Assembly: GCA_937892925.1 (NCBI GenBank)
Contig: CALBHX010000088.1
Coordinates: forward strand, 6,554 to 70,553
From: an uncultured Lentisphaeraceae bacterium
Lineage (GTDB): Bacteria > Verrucomicrobiota > Kiritimatiellia > RFP12 > DVOR01
DNA length: 64,000 bases
Direction: 5' to 3'
The notes under the pieces are model-generated. The model was given only the letters and a program-made list of their open reading frames with translations. It searched no databases and was not told where the DNA came from. How positions within the stretch are numbered: position 1 is the stretch's first letter; every line of letters starts with the position of its first letter. Both the position numbers and the translations under genes were made by a program. Shown here piece by piece: positions 18,118-26,723 of the stretch.

Positions 18118-18312
18118 ATGCCTAAGATCAAGACCAAAAAGTCTGCGACTAAGAAGTTCAAAATGTCGGCCACGGGCAAGGCCATGCGCACGCAGGGCGG
18201 GAAGCGTCACCTCAACGGGTACAAGTCTCGCGGCCGCAAGCGCAACCTCCGTGGTTCCGCCGCTGTTTATGAGGGCAACCAGAAGATGGTCGCTCGGATG
18301 CTTCAGGCCTAA
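18118..18312 (+). CDS. rpmI: 50S ribosomal protein L35
   Basis: 'MPKIKTKKSATKKFKMSATGKAMRTQGGKRHL' is the canonical L35 N-terminus. ATG 18118 follows AAGGA. Confidence 0.9.
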   Translation: MPKIKTKKSATKKFKMSATGKAMRTQGGKRHLNGYKSRGRKRNLRGSAAVYEGNQKMVARMLQA

Positions 18313-18329
18313 TCCAGGAGGAATAACCG

Positions 18330-18692
18330 ATGAGAGTTACGAACGCTGCCGCTTCCCGTGAACGCCGCCGCCGCCGCCTGAAACTCGCTCGTGGGTTTTA
18401 TGGTGCGCGCAGCAAGCAATTCCGTTTGGCTACCGAGGCGGTCGATCGCGCCCAGCGCATTGCCACCTGGCACCGCAAGCTCCGCAAACGCGACTTCCGC
18501 CAGCTCTGGATCGCCCGTATCAATGCCGGCGTCCGCGCGTTGGCCAATGAGAAGGTGCCCAACTACTCCCGCTTCATTGAAGGCCTGAATAAGGCCGGTA
18601 TTGAGATCAACCGCAAGATGCTCTCTGAAATCGCGATTGCCGATGCCGAGGGCTTCAAGGCGTTGGTCGAAAAGGCCGCCGCCGCGCTCTAA
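18330..18692 (+). CDS. rplT: 50S ribosomal protein L20
   Basis: 'MRVTNAAASRERRRRRLKLARGFYGARSKQFRLA...RDFRQLWIARINAGVRA' is canonical L20. Confidence 0.95.
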   Translation: MRVTNAAASRERRRRRLKLARGFYGARSKQFRLATEAVDRAQRIATWHRKLRKRDFRQLWIARINAGVRALANEKVPNYSRFIEGLNKAGIEINRKMLSEIAIADAEGFKALVEKAAAAL

Positions 18693-18721
18693 GCCGTTTG
18701 GCAGATGAAAAGCGAATCGAA

Positions 18722-18756
18722 CAGGGACGCCCGCCGGGCGCCCCTGTTTGTTTTTG
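18722..18756 (+). terminator. Rho-independent terminator after rplT
   Basis: Hairpin cagggacgccc/gggcgcccctg (18722-18746, one mismatch) followed by tttgttttt. Confidence 0.7.
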
Positions 18757-19169
18757 GGGGGCGGGTGCACATTCCTTACGGGGGCAGGAGCCTCGGCGCG
18801 GGGAGTGCCCGGGGCGGTTTTCTGGGTGAGATGGGGGTGGGCAGGCGGCGTTTTGGTGCCGAGGCGAGTCCGCGCGCTGGGAGGTGTTTGAGCCCTGTTC
18901 CGGCAGGGTGGGGGTGCGCGGTCTTCGGGGTGCTTGGTGCGCGGTGGGGCGAGTGGAGCGGTTGACAGGGGCGGCGTGCGGGTCTGTGATGCGTGCGGGT
19001 TATGGACGCATTCTCTTGGTGTTGTGCGCGGGGACTTTTCGGATTTTTTGGGGAGCCGTTTCAGCGTTGGGGGCGTGCAGATGTTTTGGGTGTGCGGTTT
19101 TGCAGGGTCAAGAGCGCCGAATCGCCGTCTGGGGAGGGCGGGCGATTCGGGCGTTTGCGGCTAGGGGCA

Positions 19170-22100
19170 TCAGTAGAGTTTTTTGCCGAAGACGCCGATT
19201 TTGCGGAGGTGGAGGAAGGTTTTGGCGCCTTCTTTCGGGCGGCAGATAATGCGCAGTGTCTGGGCTTTGACAGGGGGGAAGGTGAGGCGGTAGTCGCTTC
19301 GGACGGCGGTTTCTTCGGCAACCTGTTTCCAGGTTTTGCCGTTGTCTTCAGAGACTTCGATGGCGAAGGGGGCTAGGCGCCTGGCGTTGTTCGGGGTGTT
19401 GAGGAGGTAGACGCCGGAGATCTCGGCCATGCCGGGAAGGCAGATTTCGGCCCACGGGGCGGCCTCCTGAGAGGTGTGGAACGTGAGGGTGGGGGAAAGG
19501 CCGTCAAGGATGTGGTGGTAGGTTTCGGGGTGATCCCATCGGGAAGTGGAGGAGGTGCGCAGAAGGGCGCGGTCGGAAAGGCGGGGGGCTCCGAAGTCAG
19601 GGAATGTGAAGGGGGTGCGTGTGCGGGGCACGAGGGAATCCTGAAGGGCGCAGAGGGCATGGAAGGCTTCTGCGTTGCCGGCTTCGGAAGCTTCGCGGAT
19701 GGTTTCGCGGAGATATTGGCCAAGCATCTGATTGGCATTGCCCCGGGTTTGGAGGAGGGTTTCGATGGCGGCAATCATGCGGCGGGAGGTATCCGGGGCG
19801 GCCAGGAAACGCTCGCCGCCCCAGCGCAGAAGGATGCCGAAGGCGTTGGGGGTGCCGAGCTGGGTTTCAAGGGCGGTCTGGAAGAGGGGGAACGTCTCTT
19901 CCGGCGCGTCGCCAAGAAGCTTGGCTTGTTCATTGAGAATGCGGGTGTAATTGCAGAACTCGGCGGTGCGCTGAGGTCCTTGGCGGAGGGTTTTGGCCAG
20001 GAAAAGGAGTGCGTCCTTGAGTGCGGGCTTGCCGCCGAGGCGTTGGAGTGCGGGAAGCGCCGAGGAGGCGAGGAGCTCCCAGGCCGGTTCAAGATGGTTG
20101 TGCAGGCCGTTGGCTGCGGAGTTCAGGAAGGTTTCCCAGGCCTGAAGGGGCGTGTTTTGTGCCCGGGAGAGAAAGTCAGCCCAAGCGCGAAAGAGGGTGA
20201 GGTTGAGGGGCGCTGTTTGGGCTGCCTGCCGGTAGGCTTCATCGAGGGCGGGGGAATAGGCGGAGAGGGGCGTGAGGGTGAGCTCCAGGCCACGGCCGCC
20301 GTTGTAATTGAAATAGCGCAGCTCGACGGGATGCTCGCCGCGGGAAAGGGTGAGCGCGGCCGTGGAGCCTTCAAGGCCGTGGAGGCCGTCTTTTCCGGCT
20401 ACAGGGCGGCCATTGATCCAGAGGCGGGCGCCGTCATCGCTGCGGAGGGAGAGCGTCAGCTTGGCATCGCGGTCAAGGGTGAGCCAGCCGCTCCAGACGT
20501 AGCAGAGATGATCGGACGCGTCGTTGAAGTCGAGGGAGAAGTCGTTGACGGGGCGGCGTTCGAGGCGTTGGAGCGTGGCGGGGTCTTGGGGGAGGGAGGT
20601 GCCTTCCCAGGCATAGACGGAGCGTTCGAGGCCTTTCCACCCGGTCTTGGGGGCGGCGGTGAGGCGTTGAGCTTCGGCGCGCCAGAGGCGGCGCATGGAG
20701 GGGAGGAAGCCGGGGGCGGCAAAGGCTTCGGCGGCGAGATCTTCAATGCTGAAACGGGAGAGGCCGCGCCAGGGAGAGAAGTGGAGCCCTGTGTAGGCGC
20801 CGACGTTGTAGGCGATGAGCCAGCGGTTTTCCTGAGGGCTCCAGAGGGTGTAGGCGCAGTGGCCGGGCTGGCCGCCGGGGGTGGAGGGGAGGCCGAAGGC
20901 TTTGGCCGCTGCCGAGCCGTAGTAGCTGAGCGCGCCGCAGACGCCGCCAACCAGGCGGGAGGCTTCGTGGCGGATATAGGCGTGATCCCATGGCGGGTAG
21001 TAGTCGCGCCCATGGATGGAGTCGCCAAAGAAGTTGTAGAGACGGTAAGGGGCGCTCCAGCAGACGCCGGTGTATTGGCGCGGGGGGACGTGGTGGCGTG
21101 CGGCGAGCCAGCGGAGGCTTTCTGCGGGGCATTGCTGGGGGAGGAAGACGAAGCGGAGCTGATCGCTGCGAAGGGTTGGGAAGCCGCGCCAGAGGCGTTT
21201 GGCTGCGGCCTGTTCGCGCAGGGCGCGGAAGAAGCGGATGGTTTCGGTGGGGTCGTCGGAGGCATTGAGGGCGGCGGCGGCGGCGGCGCGGCGCCAGAGG
21301 GGGGAATTGAGGGGTGCGGCGTAGTAGGCGAGGGCATCGAGGGCACGGAAGGCAGTTTCCCAGGAGGCAGAGGGATCGCCGGCGGCAAAGAAGGCTTCCA
21401 TCCAGTCGCGGTCGCTGAAGAAGGCTTTCAAAAAGGCTGTGCCACCGGGTTGGGCGGCAATGGCGCGGAGGGTGGGCTCGGGAAGAACGGCGCGGGCATA
21501 GGCTTTGACCTCGCACTCCCCTTTACGGAAGCTCCATGGGGCGGCCTCGGGCTCGATGGGGTGGTGCTTATCGGCCGTGCGCGGGGGGAGGATTTCGCGG
21601 AGGGAGAGGGCGCCGCGCTCATCTTTGGGCGCATCGAAGGCGACGTCAAGCTCCAGAATGGGTTTAGCTCCTGCGGGGAAGGTGAAGGGCAGATCGGCGG
21701 AGGCGCCGGGGGTGAGACGGGTTTGAGGCAGCGGGGCGGGGCGGCCATCCACGCGCAGTGCCTGTACACGCAGGGCGCCTTGCCCTTTCTGCCGGCGGAG
21801 GGTGAGGGCATAGGTGCCGGGAGCGGTGAGGGTTTTGGCCGTGCCGATGGTGAGGCGCCAGGTTTGGCTGCCGGGGCGGGCGTCTTTGGGGAACCAGCCG
21901 TAAGGAATGGAAACGGGGCCTTCTCCGGCAAGGCAGAGAAGCCCCTGAGCGGCTTTCCCGAAATGGGTATCCGCGCCCATGGAGAGAACTTCGCGCAGCA
22001 GCGCGGTCATCTCGGCGGCGCGGGCGCGGTCATGGCGGTAGAAGGCGTAGCGAAGAAGCTTGAGCCCCTGGCGCTGATTGATGGAAAGGTGGGCTTTTGG

Positions 22101-22754
22101 CTTGGCGTCAAGCTGGGCGTAATAGGCCTCGAACCCGGCGGTGTCGCGCTTGTCGCGAAAGGCGCGGACGGCGTCAGCCGGTTTGCCTGCGGGGTCAAAC
22201 TCCAGCGCGAAACGCCAGCCGGTTTGATCTTCCGGATCTTGTTTGGTCAGGCATTCCCAGGCGGCTTTAAGGGCGATTGGCTCGCGTGCACGGCGGAGGC
22301 CAAGCTCGGGTGCCACGCGCGCCAACGCCTGCCCGGCGGCTTCCGGGGTGTTTTTGGCCAGGAGTGCCGCGATTTCTGCGGCGCGGTGTTTGCCTTTGGC
22401 GAGGAGACGGCGCAGGGTTTGGGCGGCGGCCTCGCCGGTTTGAGCCTTCAATCCCTCCGTGAGCATCACACAACGCCCTTTGTTGTCGAAGTAGGCCAGG
22501 CCGGGGAGGTTGGCCAGCTCTAGGCGGAAGGCCTTCTGCTTTTCCCATTGGGTGCGGACGGCATCGGTAACCACATCGGGCTGATCCACCGTTTCGAGGG
22601 GAATGCCGGCGGCCTCGCGGAATGCAGGGCTTTCCCAGACGGCTTGCAGCCCCGGGGAGGCTTCGCACCAGTCGCTCCCCACCACCAGCACCGCGCGTTG
22701 GGCAAAGAGTCCGCAAGCCAACAGAAGCAGGAGGGCAAGGAGTTTGGTCTTCAT
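19170..22754 (-). CDS. Secreted 1194-aa multidomain protein: thioredoxin-like N-terminus (no CxxC), transglutaminase-like Cys/His core, PA14 domain, C-terminal F5/8 type C (discoidin) domain
   Basis: Signal peptide 'MKTKLLALLLLLACGLFA'. 'LVGGVCGALSYYGSAAAKAFGLPSTPGGQPGHCAYTLW' (aa ~600-640, nt ~20805-20957) has a transglutaminase-core pattern. 'CYVWSGWLTL...LRSDDGARLWINGRPV...VELRYFNYNGG' is PA14-like (nt ~20265-20552). 'ISGVYLLNTPNNARRLAPFAIEVSEDNGKTWKQV' is discoidin-like (nt ~19170-19575). Confidence 0.8.
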   Translation of the reverse strand: MKTKLLALLLLLACGLFAQRAVLVVGSDWCEASPGLQAVWESPAFREAAGIPLETVDQPDVVTDAVRTQWEKQKAFRLELANLPGLAYFDNKGRCVMLTEGLKAQTGEAAAQTLRRLLAKGKHRAAEIAALLAKNTPEAAGQALARVAPELGLRRAREPIALKAAWECLTKQDPEDQTGWRFALEFDPAGKPADAVRAFRDKRDTAGFEAYYAQLDAKPKAHLSINQRQGLKLLRYAFYRHDRARAAEMTALLREVLSMGADTHFGKAAQGLLCLAGEGPVSIPYGWFPKDARPGSQTWRLTIGTAKTLTAPGTYALTLRRQKGQGALRVQALRVDGRPAPLPQTRLTPGASADLPFTFPAGAKPILELDVAFDAPKDERGALSLREILPPRTADKHHPIEPEAAPWSFRKGECEVKAYARAVLPEPTLRAIAAQPGGTAFLKAFFSDRDWMEAFFAAGDPSASWETAFRALDALAYYAAPLNSPLWRRAAAAAALNASDDPTETIRFFRALREQAAAKRLWRGFPTLRSDQLRFVFLPQQCPAESLRWLAARHHVPPRQYTGVCWSAPYRLYNFFGDSIHGRDYYPPWDHAYIRHEASRLVGGVCGALSYYGSAAAKAFGLPSTPGGQPGHCAYTLWSPQENRWLIAYNVGAYTGLHFSPWRGLSRFSIEDLAAEAFAAPGFLPSMRRLWRAEAQRLTAAPKTGWKGLERSVYAWEGTSLPQDPATLQRLERRPVNDFSLDFNDASDHLCYVWSGWLTLDRDAKLTLSLRSDDGARLWINGRPVAGKDGLHGLEGSTAALTLSRGEHPVELRYFNYNGGRGLELTLTPLSAYSPALDEAYRQAAQTAPLNLTLFRAWADFLSRAQNTPLQAWETFLNSAANGLHNHLEPAWELLASSALPALQRLGGKPALKDALLFLAKTLRQGPQRTAEFCNYTRILNEQAKLLGDAPEETFPLFQTALETQLGTPNAFGILLRWGGERFLAAPDTSRRMIAAIETLLQTRGNANQMLGQYLRETIREASEAGNAEAFHALCALQDSLVPRTRTPFTFPDFGAPRLSDRALLRTSSTSRWDHPETYHHILDGLSPTLTFHTSQEAAPWAEICLPGMAEISGVYLLNTPNNARRLAPFAIEVSEDNGKTWKQVAEETAVRSDYRLTFPPVKAQTLRIICRPKEGAKTFLHLRKIGVFGKKLY

Positions 22755-22758
22755 GGCG

Positions 22759-23583
22759 TTACCTCACGATAATCTGGAGTTCCACAGTGGGATAGTGGGA
22801 AAGGAAGTCGGCCGAAAGGCCGCTCACACGGCGGGCACTCCGGCAGGCTTGCAGCACCTGCGCATCGAAGGCGGCGTCTCCAGAGCTTTTGCTCAGGCGC
22901 AGGCTTCGCACGCTGCCGCCGCTGCCAAAGGTGATGGAGAGAACCGGCGCACGGCCTGTAGGCGAAGCTTCCACGCCGTATTCCTCGCATTGCGCACGGA
23001 ACGTATCGCGAATGCGGCCGTAACAGCGAGAGGTCTCATTCGGCGGAATCTGGTTGCGGTTGCCCGCTTTTGCGCCCGCCCCGAGCAATCGGCGGATTTC
23101 ATCGTCGGAGAGTTTTTTGGCGGTGGCGGCTTTGGTGCGATCTTTCTTGCCTTGGGTGACCGGGCCGACGCGTTCGCCTTTTTTGATAACGATCGGTTTC
23201 TTTTCGGCTTTCTTTTTCTCGGGAGTCTTCTCCTGCTTTTTCTCCTGCTTTTTCTCCGGCTTAGGTTCCGTTTTCTTTTCGGGTTTAGGCGGCGGAATAG
23301 GGTCTGGATCGGGCAGCGGCGGAGGAAGCAGATCCGGCTCCGGAATGGGGTCGGGCTTGGCAGGTTCGGGTTCCGGCTCATTCGGCGGTTCGGTCGCCTC
23401 GTTGGGCTCCTCAGCTAGGCGGTCGGCGGCATTCTCTTCGGTAACGACGAGAAAGTCTACCGGGATAATTTCTTCTTTGGGCGAGGCGTGGCATCCGCCG
23501 AATGAAAGCAGCCCCAGCGCGCCGAACAGCGCGGCGTTGATGAGCAGCGAAAGGCTGATACTGCGTTTGGTTTCGCGATCCAT
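22759..23583 (-). CDS. TonB/TolA-like protein (N-terminal TM anchor, Pro/Glu/Lys-rich linker, C-terminal TonB_C-like domain)
   Basis: ATG 23583. TM helix 'ISLSLLINAALFGALGLLSFGG'. Linker 'EPPNEPEPEPAKPDPIPEPDLLPPPLPDPDPIPPPKPEKKTEPKPEKKQEKKQEK'. C-terminal ~90 aa 'APVLSITFGSGGSVRSLRLSKSSGDAAFDAQVLQA'. The stop lies 4 nt upstream of the downstream gene's start. Confidence 0.6.
   Translation of the reverse strand: MDRETKRSISLSLLINAALFGALGLLSFGGCHASPKEEIIPVDFLVVTEENAADRLAEEPNEATEPPNEPEPEPAKPDPIPEPDLLPPPLPDPDPIPPPKPEKKTEPKPEKKQEKKQEKTPEKKKAEKKPIVIKKGERVGPVTQGKKDRTKAATAKKLSDDEIRRLLGAGAKAGNRNQIPPNETSRCYGRIRDTFRAQCEEYGVEASPTGRAPVLSITFGSGGSVRSLRLSKSSGDAAFDAQVLQACRSARRVSGLSADFLSHYPTVELQIIVR
23229..23257. 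repeat. 12-bp perfect tandem duplication (tctcctgctttt x2, plus partial third copy tctcc) inside the TonB-like linker
   Basis: Read directly: 23229-23240 is identical to 23241-23252. It encodes the 'EKKQEKKQEK' part of the linker on the minus strand. Confidence 0.9.
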
Positions 23584-23667
23584 GGTGTTGTCCCCCCTAT
23601 TGTAACACGGCAAATCCCCTCTCGGGCAGGGTTTGCGCCTGCCCTGCGTGCTGTTGTAGACAGGGGG

Positions 23668-24888
23668 TTACGCCTCTTCCCGGCCATCCTGCCCGGCATT
23701 CAACCCCAGGGCGCGCCCGATATAGGGCTCCACGCCCCAGAACGCGCACAGCGCCTGATATTCCGCCAGCGCTTCGCCCAGTCCGGGGCGCAGCCCGCGC
23801 TCCGCGCGGATCAGGATATTGCGGCCGGTCGCTTCCTGCGAAACGAACTCCATCACGCGGGCTCGATACCCACGGATGCGCAGCACCTGCGCCCGAAACG
23901 TATCGGTCAGCAGATCGGCCAGCCGCTCACGCAGAATTCCATGGCGCAGCACCGCCCGCATCGGCCCGCCGCCCGTCAGCGCATGATGCAGCTCATGTTG
24001 GCAGCACGGCACGCAGAGAATGCTCCGCGCGCGGTGGGTAATGGCCGCCAGCAGCGCGTCATCCGTTGCCGTGTCGCAGGCGTGCAGGCTCATCACCAGA
24101 TCCGGCGCATCGGGGAGCTTCGCTTCGGCAATGGCGCAGGCTTGAAAGGTAACCTCATCCTCAATCCCCAGATCGGCGGCCATCTGGCGTGCGCTTTCCA
24201 CCACCCCCGCGTTGCGGTCTATCCCCACCACGCAGACGTTCGGCCAGCCCTTGGCCAGCGTGAGATACCGGTGAAGCGCCAGTGTGAGATAGGCTTTGCC
24301 GCATCCGCAGTCAATCACTGTATAGCGCGCGGGCGGCGCTTCCGGCAGCAGCGGCTCAACCGCCCGCAGCAGGGCATTGACCTGATCGTACTTGCCGCGC
24401 ATCGAAGCTTTCAGTGCTCCGCGGTCATCTGCCAGCCCCAGCACCCGCAGCAGCGCGGTGGCGTCAAAGGCATTCAGCGGCTGATTTTTGGCGCGGTCGT
24501 GCGTCTGTTCAGGCATCGGTGCGGCTGCACCGGAAGCCGTGGTTTTCGGCTTTCCGCGCGCCACGAGCGGGCGCCCCTTTTTGGTGATGCGCACGTGCAG
24601 ATCGCCTGCGGCGGTTACCAGGTGCAGGTCGCGTTTGCCCTTTTGGGCAAGGATCTGCTCCAACCCTTTGCGCGCCGCACCCTCGGAGAGATTGCGCACC
24701 TGTGTTTGCCCCCCATCGGTCATTTCGGCCTGGAAGAACGATTCCCCTTTCAGGCGCACCGGGCGCAGGGAAATACGAAAGGGCGTCCCCTCTCGGCGGA
24801 GCGATTGCGTCAGGCGGATAAAGCCCTCGTCGAACACGCGGGCGCGGATTTCATCAGCAAGGTCTTGTGGAAGCGTGTCGTCAGTCAT
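23668..24888 (-). CDS. Class I SAM-dependent methyltransferase with an N-terminal domain of unknown function (about 170 aa)
   Basis: 'YTVIDCGCGKAYLTLAL' is the SAM-binding motif I. 'VVGIDRN' is the acidic motif II. 'LHACDTATD' is present. GC matches the surrounding chromosome. Confidence 0.7.
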   Translation of the reverse strand: MTDDTLPQDLADEIRARVFDEGFIRLTQSLRREGTPFRISLRPVRLKGESFFQAEMTDGGQTQVRNLSEGAARKGLEQILAQKGKRDLHLVTAAGDLHVRITKKGRPLVARGKPKTTASGAAAPMPEQTHDRAKNQPLNAFDATALLRVLGLADDRGALKASMRGKYDQVNALLRAVEPLLPEAPPARYTVIDCGCGKAYLTLALHRYLTLAKGWPNVCVVGIDRNAGVVESARQMAADLGIEDEVTFQACAIAEAKLPDAPDLVMSLHACDTATDDALLAAITHRARSILCVPCCQHELHHALTGGGPMRAVLRHGILRERLADLLTDTFRAQVLRIRGYRARVMEFVSQEATGRNILIRAERGLRPGLGEALAEYQALCAFWGVEPYIGRALGLNAGQDGREEA

Positions 24889-24915
24889 GGGTCAGGCGGA
24901 GGTGTTAGGGTGGAA

Positions 24916-25935
24916 TTAGAGGGCGATTTGTTCCGGCGTTTCTGATAAGAGGCTTTCTTCGCAAAGATGGAGCTTCTTGATGGCGGCCTTTAGAGCAATG
25001 TCTGATTGGTCGATGCCGATCCATGTTCGCCCGGCACGGGCAGCAGCGGCAAGCGTGGTTCCAGATCCACAGAAGCAGTCCAATACAATGGAAGAAGGGT
25101 TAGACGAGGTTTCAATGATACGATCGAGAAGCTGTGCGTTTTTCTCGGTGGGGTAAACGGGATACATCGGATCCTTGTAGGCTTCCCAAATATCTTGCAT
25201 GCGTTTCCCAACTTTTTCATCGGCATAGATTTTTTTTCTTGGGTTCCCGGTGGCGGACCATTCGATGAGCCCTTGAGTATCCCAAGCTTCAAGGGCGTCA
25301 ACATCTGTTCGCCAGTGGCGCCCCTTTGGGGGAAATAGCCCCCTGAACGGTTTCGGGGCGTTCGTTTCTCCCGGCGCGTGGATGGGGACAGTGGTATAAC
25401 GGCGTCCGTCTGCGTCTTGTTTTGGGAAAAGGCGTTCAATATCTTCCCCGGAATAGGCTTCATACGGCTCGTGCCAAATGGGGTTGGAACCCTTTGAGTA
25501 AAACAAAATCATGTCTTTGACGTTACCGAATCCAATGCGTTTGAAATTTTTGGGATTACACTTGATGCGTGTGATATCGTTACGGAAGTTTTCAATTCCG
25601 AAGACTTCGTCCATCATCACTTTGAGGTAATGTCCGATTTTATAGTCGGTATGAAGATAAAGCGAGCCTCGTTCAGACAATAATTCCCGTAAGAGAATCA
25701 AGCGTTCCCGGAGAAATTCCACGAACGCTTTTCCCTTCAAAACATCCGTGTAGGCAACGGTTCCGCCCTTCACGGCGCTAATGGTGGAGGCCCGGCCTTC
25801 GGAGACCGTGAATGTTCCATTTGTTGCAAAGGGTGGATCAATATAAACTAGATCGATCTTCCCTCTCAACCCGCGTTCATTTAGGAGGTAGGAAAGGCCT
25901 TTGAGATTTTCAGCGTGAAGGAGTAGGTTATTCAT
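24916..25935 (-). CDS. Site-specific DNA methyltransferase, beta-class (N6-adenine or N4-cytosine)
   Basis: Motif IV 'DLVYIDPPFAT' lies near the N-terminus and motif I 'VLDCFCGSGTTLAAA' near the C-terminus, which is the beta-class order. 'YPTEKNAQLLDRII' is present. GC is lower than in the flanks. Confidence 0.85.
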   Translation of the reverse strand: MNNLLLHAENLKGLSYLLNERGLRGKIDLVYIDPPFATNGTFTVSEGRASTISAVKGGTVAYTDVLKGKAFVEFLRERLILLRELLSERGSLYLHTDYKIGHYLKVMMDEVFGIENFRNDITRIKCNPKNFKRIGFGNVKDMILFYSKGSNPIWHEPYEAYSGEDIERLFPKQDADGRRYTTVPIHAPGETNAPKPFRGLFPPKGRHWRTDVDALEAWDTQGLIEWSATGNPRKKIYADEKVGKRMQDIWEAYKDPMYPVYPTEKNAQLLDRIIETSSNPSSIVLDCFCGSGTTLAAAARAGRTWIGIDQSDIALKAAIKKLHLCEESLLSETPEQIAL

Positions 25936-25940
25936 ATTTG

Positions 25941-26723
25941 TTACAACGCGTGGAGAAACTCTCTCAACACGAGGGCGCTCATGATGTTCTGATTTTGCAG
26001 GGAGGAGGTGAGTTCCCGATACAGTTTCCCCTGGTTTGGAATATAAAGTACGCCGTCAAGAATAGCCACTTTGACAGCGTGCACGTTAGACGCTGTCAGC
26101 GTAGAAATGGCGTCATTGAATTGCGCATTCTGGTGCCCGCCGAAGTCGGTTAGGAATTTGGCTTCTCCAATGATGTATTTCCCATGAAAACGCGCAACGA
26201 AATCCAGCCCTTTTGATCGCTGATAATGCAGATGTTCTCGTGCGAAGCGTTGCATTCCAGCATCTCCTTCATCAAGGATGGCGTCATCCTTGGAAGAAAG
26301 AAATGCTTTCAGTGGGATGGGAAATATACCTAAAGCACCGGATTTGACCCAGTTTCTAAAACAAGGCCCCATTTGTCGATTGGTTTCTTTGGGTACGCTG
26401 CAATGTTTGTAAAGCTCGCTCAGTCCGAGCTCGTAAATACGTCCGGAAAGGCGATTGACGGTTCTTGGATTTAGGACTAATGCTTTCGGCATTTTACGTA
26501 AAAAGGCTACATATCCATCTTTGATTGGGAACGTCTCAAACTTCAGAAGCGTTTGAATAAGAGCTTGGTTGTCTTTTGTGTCAAAAGCTTGCTCTACGCG
26601 TTGCCATAGCTTCTCATCAATTTCACGCAGACCGTTTGGCAGCGTAGGATAAACACGAAAAAGGTCGTCCAGATAAGACCGTTGGCTGGCATAATCAAGA
26701 CTAAGTTGTAGGTAAGAGTTCAT
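25941..26723 (-). CDS. Putative type II restriction endonuclease (PD-(D/E)xK-like), partner of the adjacent methyltransferase
   Basis: 260 aa, ending 5 nt upstream of the methylase gene. 'LDFVARFHGKYIIGEAKFLTDFGGHQNAQ' gives a D...(E)xK pattern. It is the lowest-GC gene in the window. I recognised no other family motif. Confidence 0.5.
   Translation of the reverse strand: MNSYLQLSLDYASQRSYLDDLFRVYPTLPNGLREIDEKLWQRVEQAFDTKDNQALIQTLLKFETFPIKDGYVAFLRKMPKALVLNPRTVNRLSGRIYELGLSELYKHCSVPKETNRQMGPCFRNWVKSGALGIFPIPLKAFLSSKDDAILDEGDAGMQRFAREHLHYQRSKGLDFVARFHGKYIIGEAKFLTDFGGHQNAQFNDAISTLTASNVHAVKVAILDGVLYIPNQGKLYRELTSSLQNQNIMSALVLREFLHAL

Noticed and set aside
17925-18191. Upstream (5') part of the 142-aa minus-strand ORF 17763-18191
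   Set aside because: Only the distal 53 codons resemble a methyltransferase. The remainder overlaps the rpmI promoter and the rpmI coding start and has no motifs, so the full ORF is not called as a gene.
19476-22523. 1015-aa plus-strand ORF opposite the 1194-aa secreted protein gene
   Set aside because: The translation is Gly/Ala/Glu-rich and low in complexity, with no signal peptide or domains. The minus-strand frame has a signal peptide and PA14, discoidin and transglutaminase motifs.
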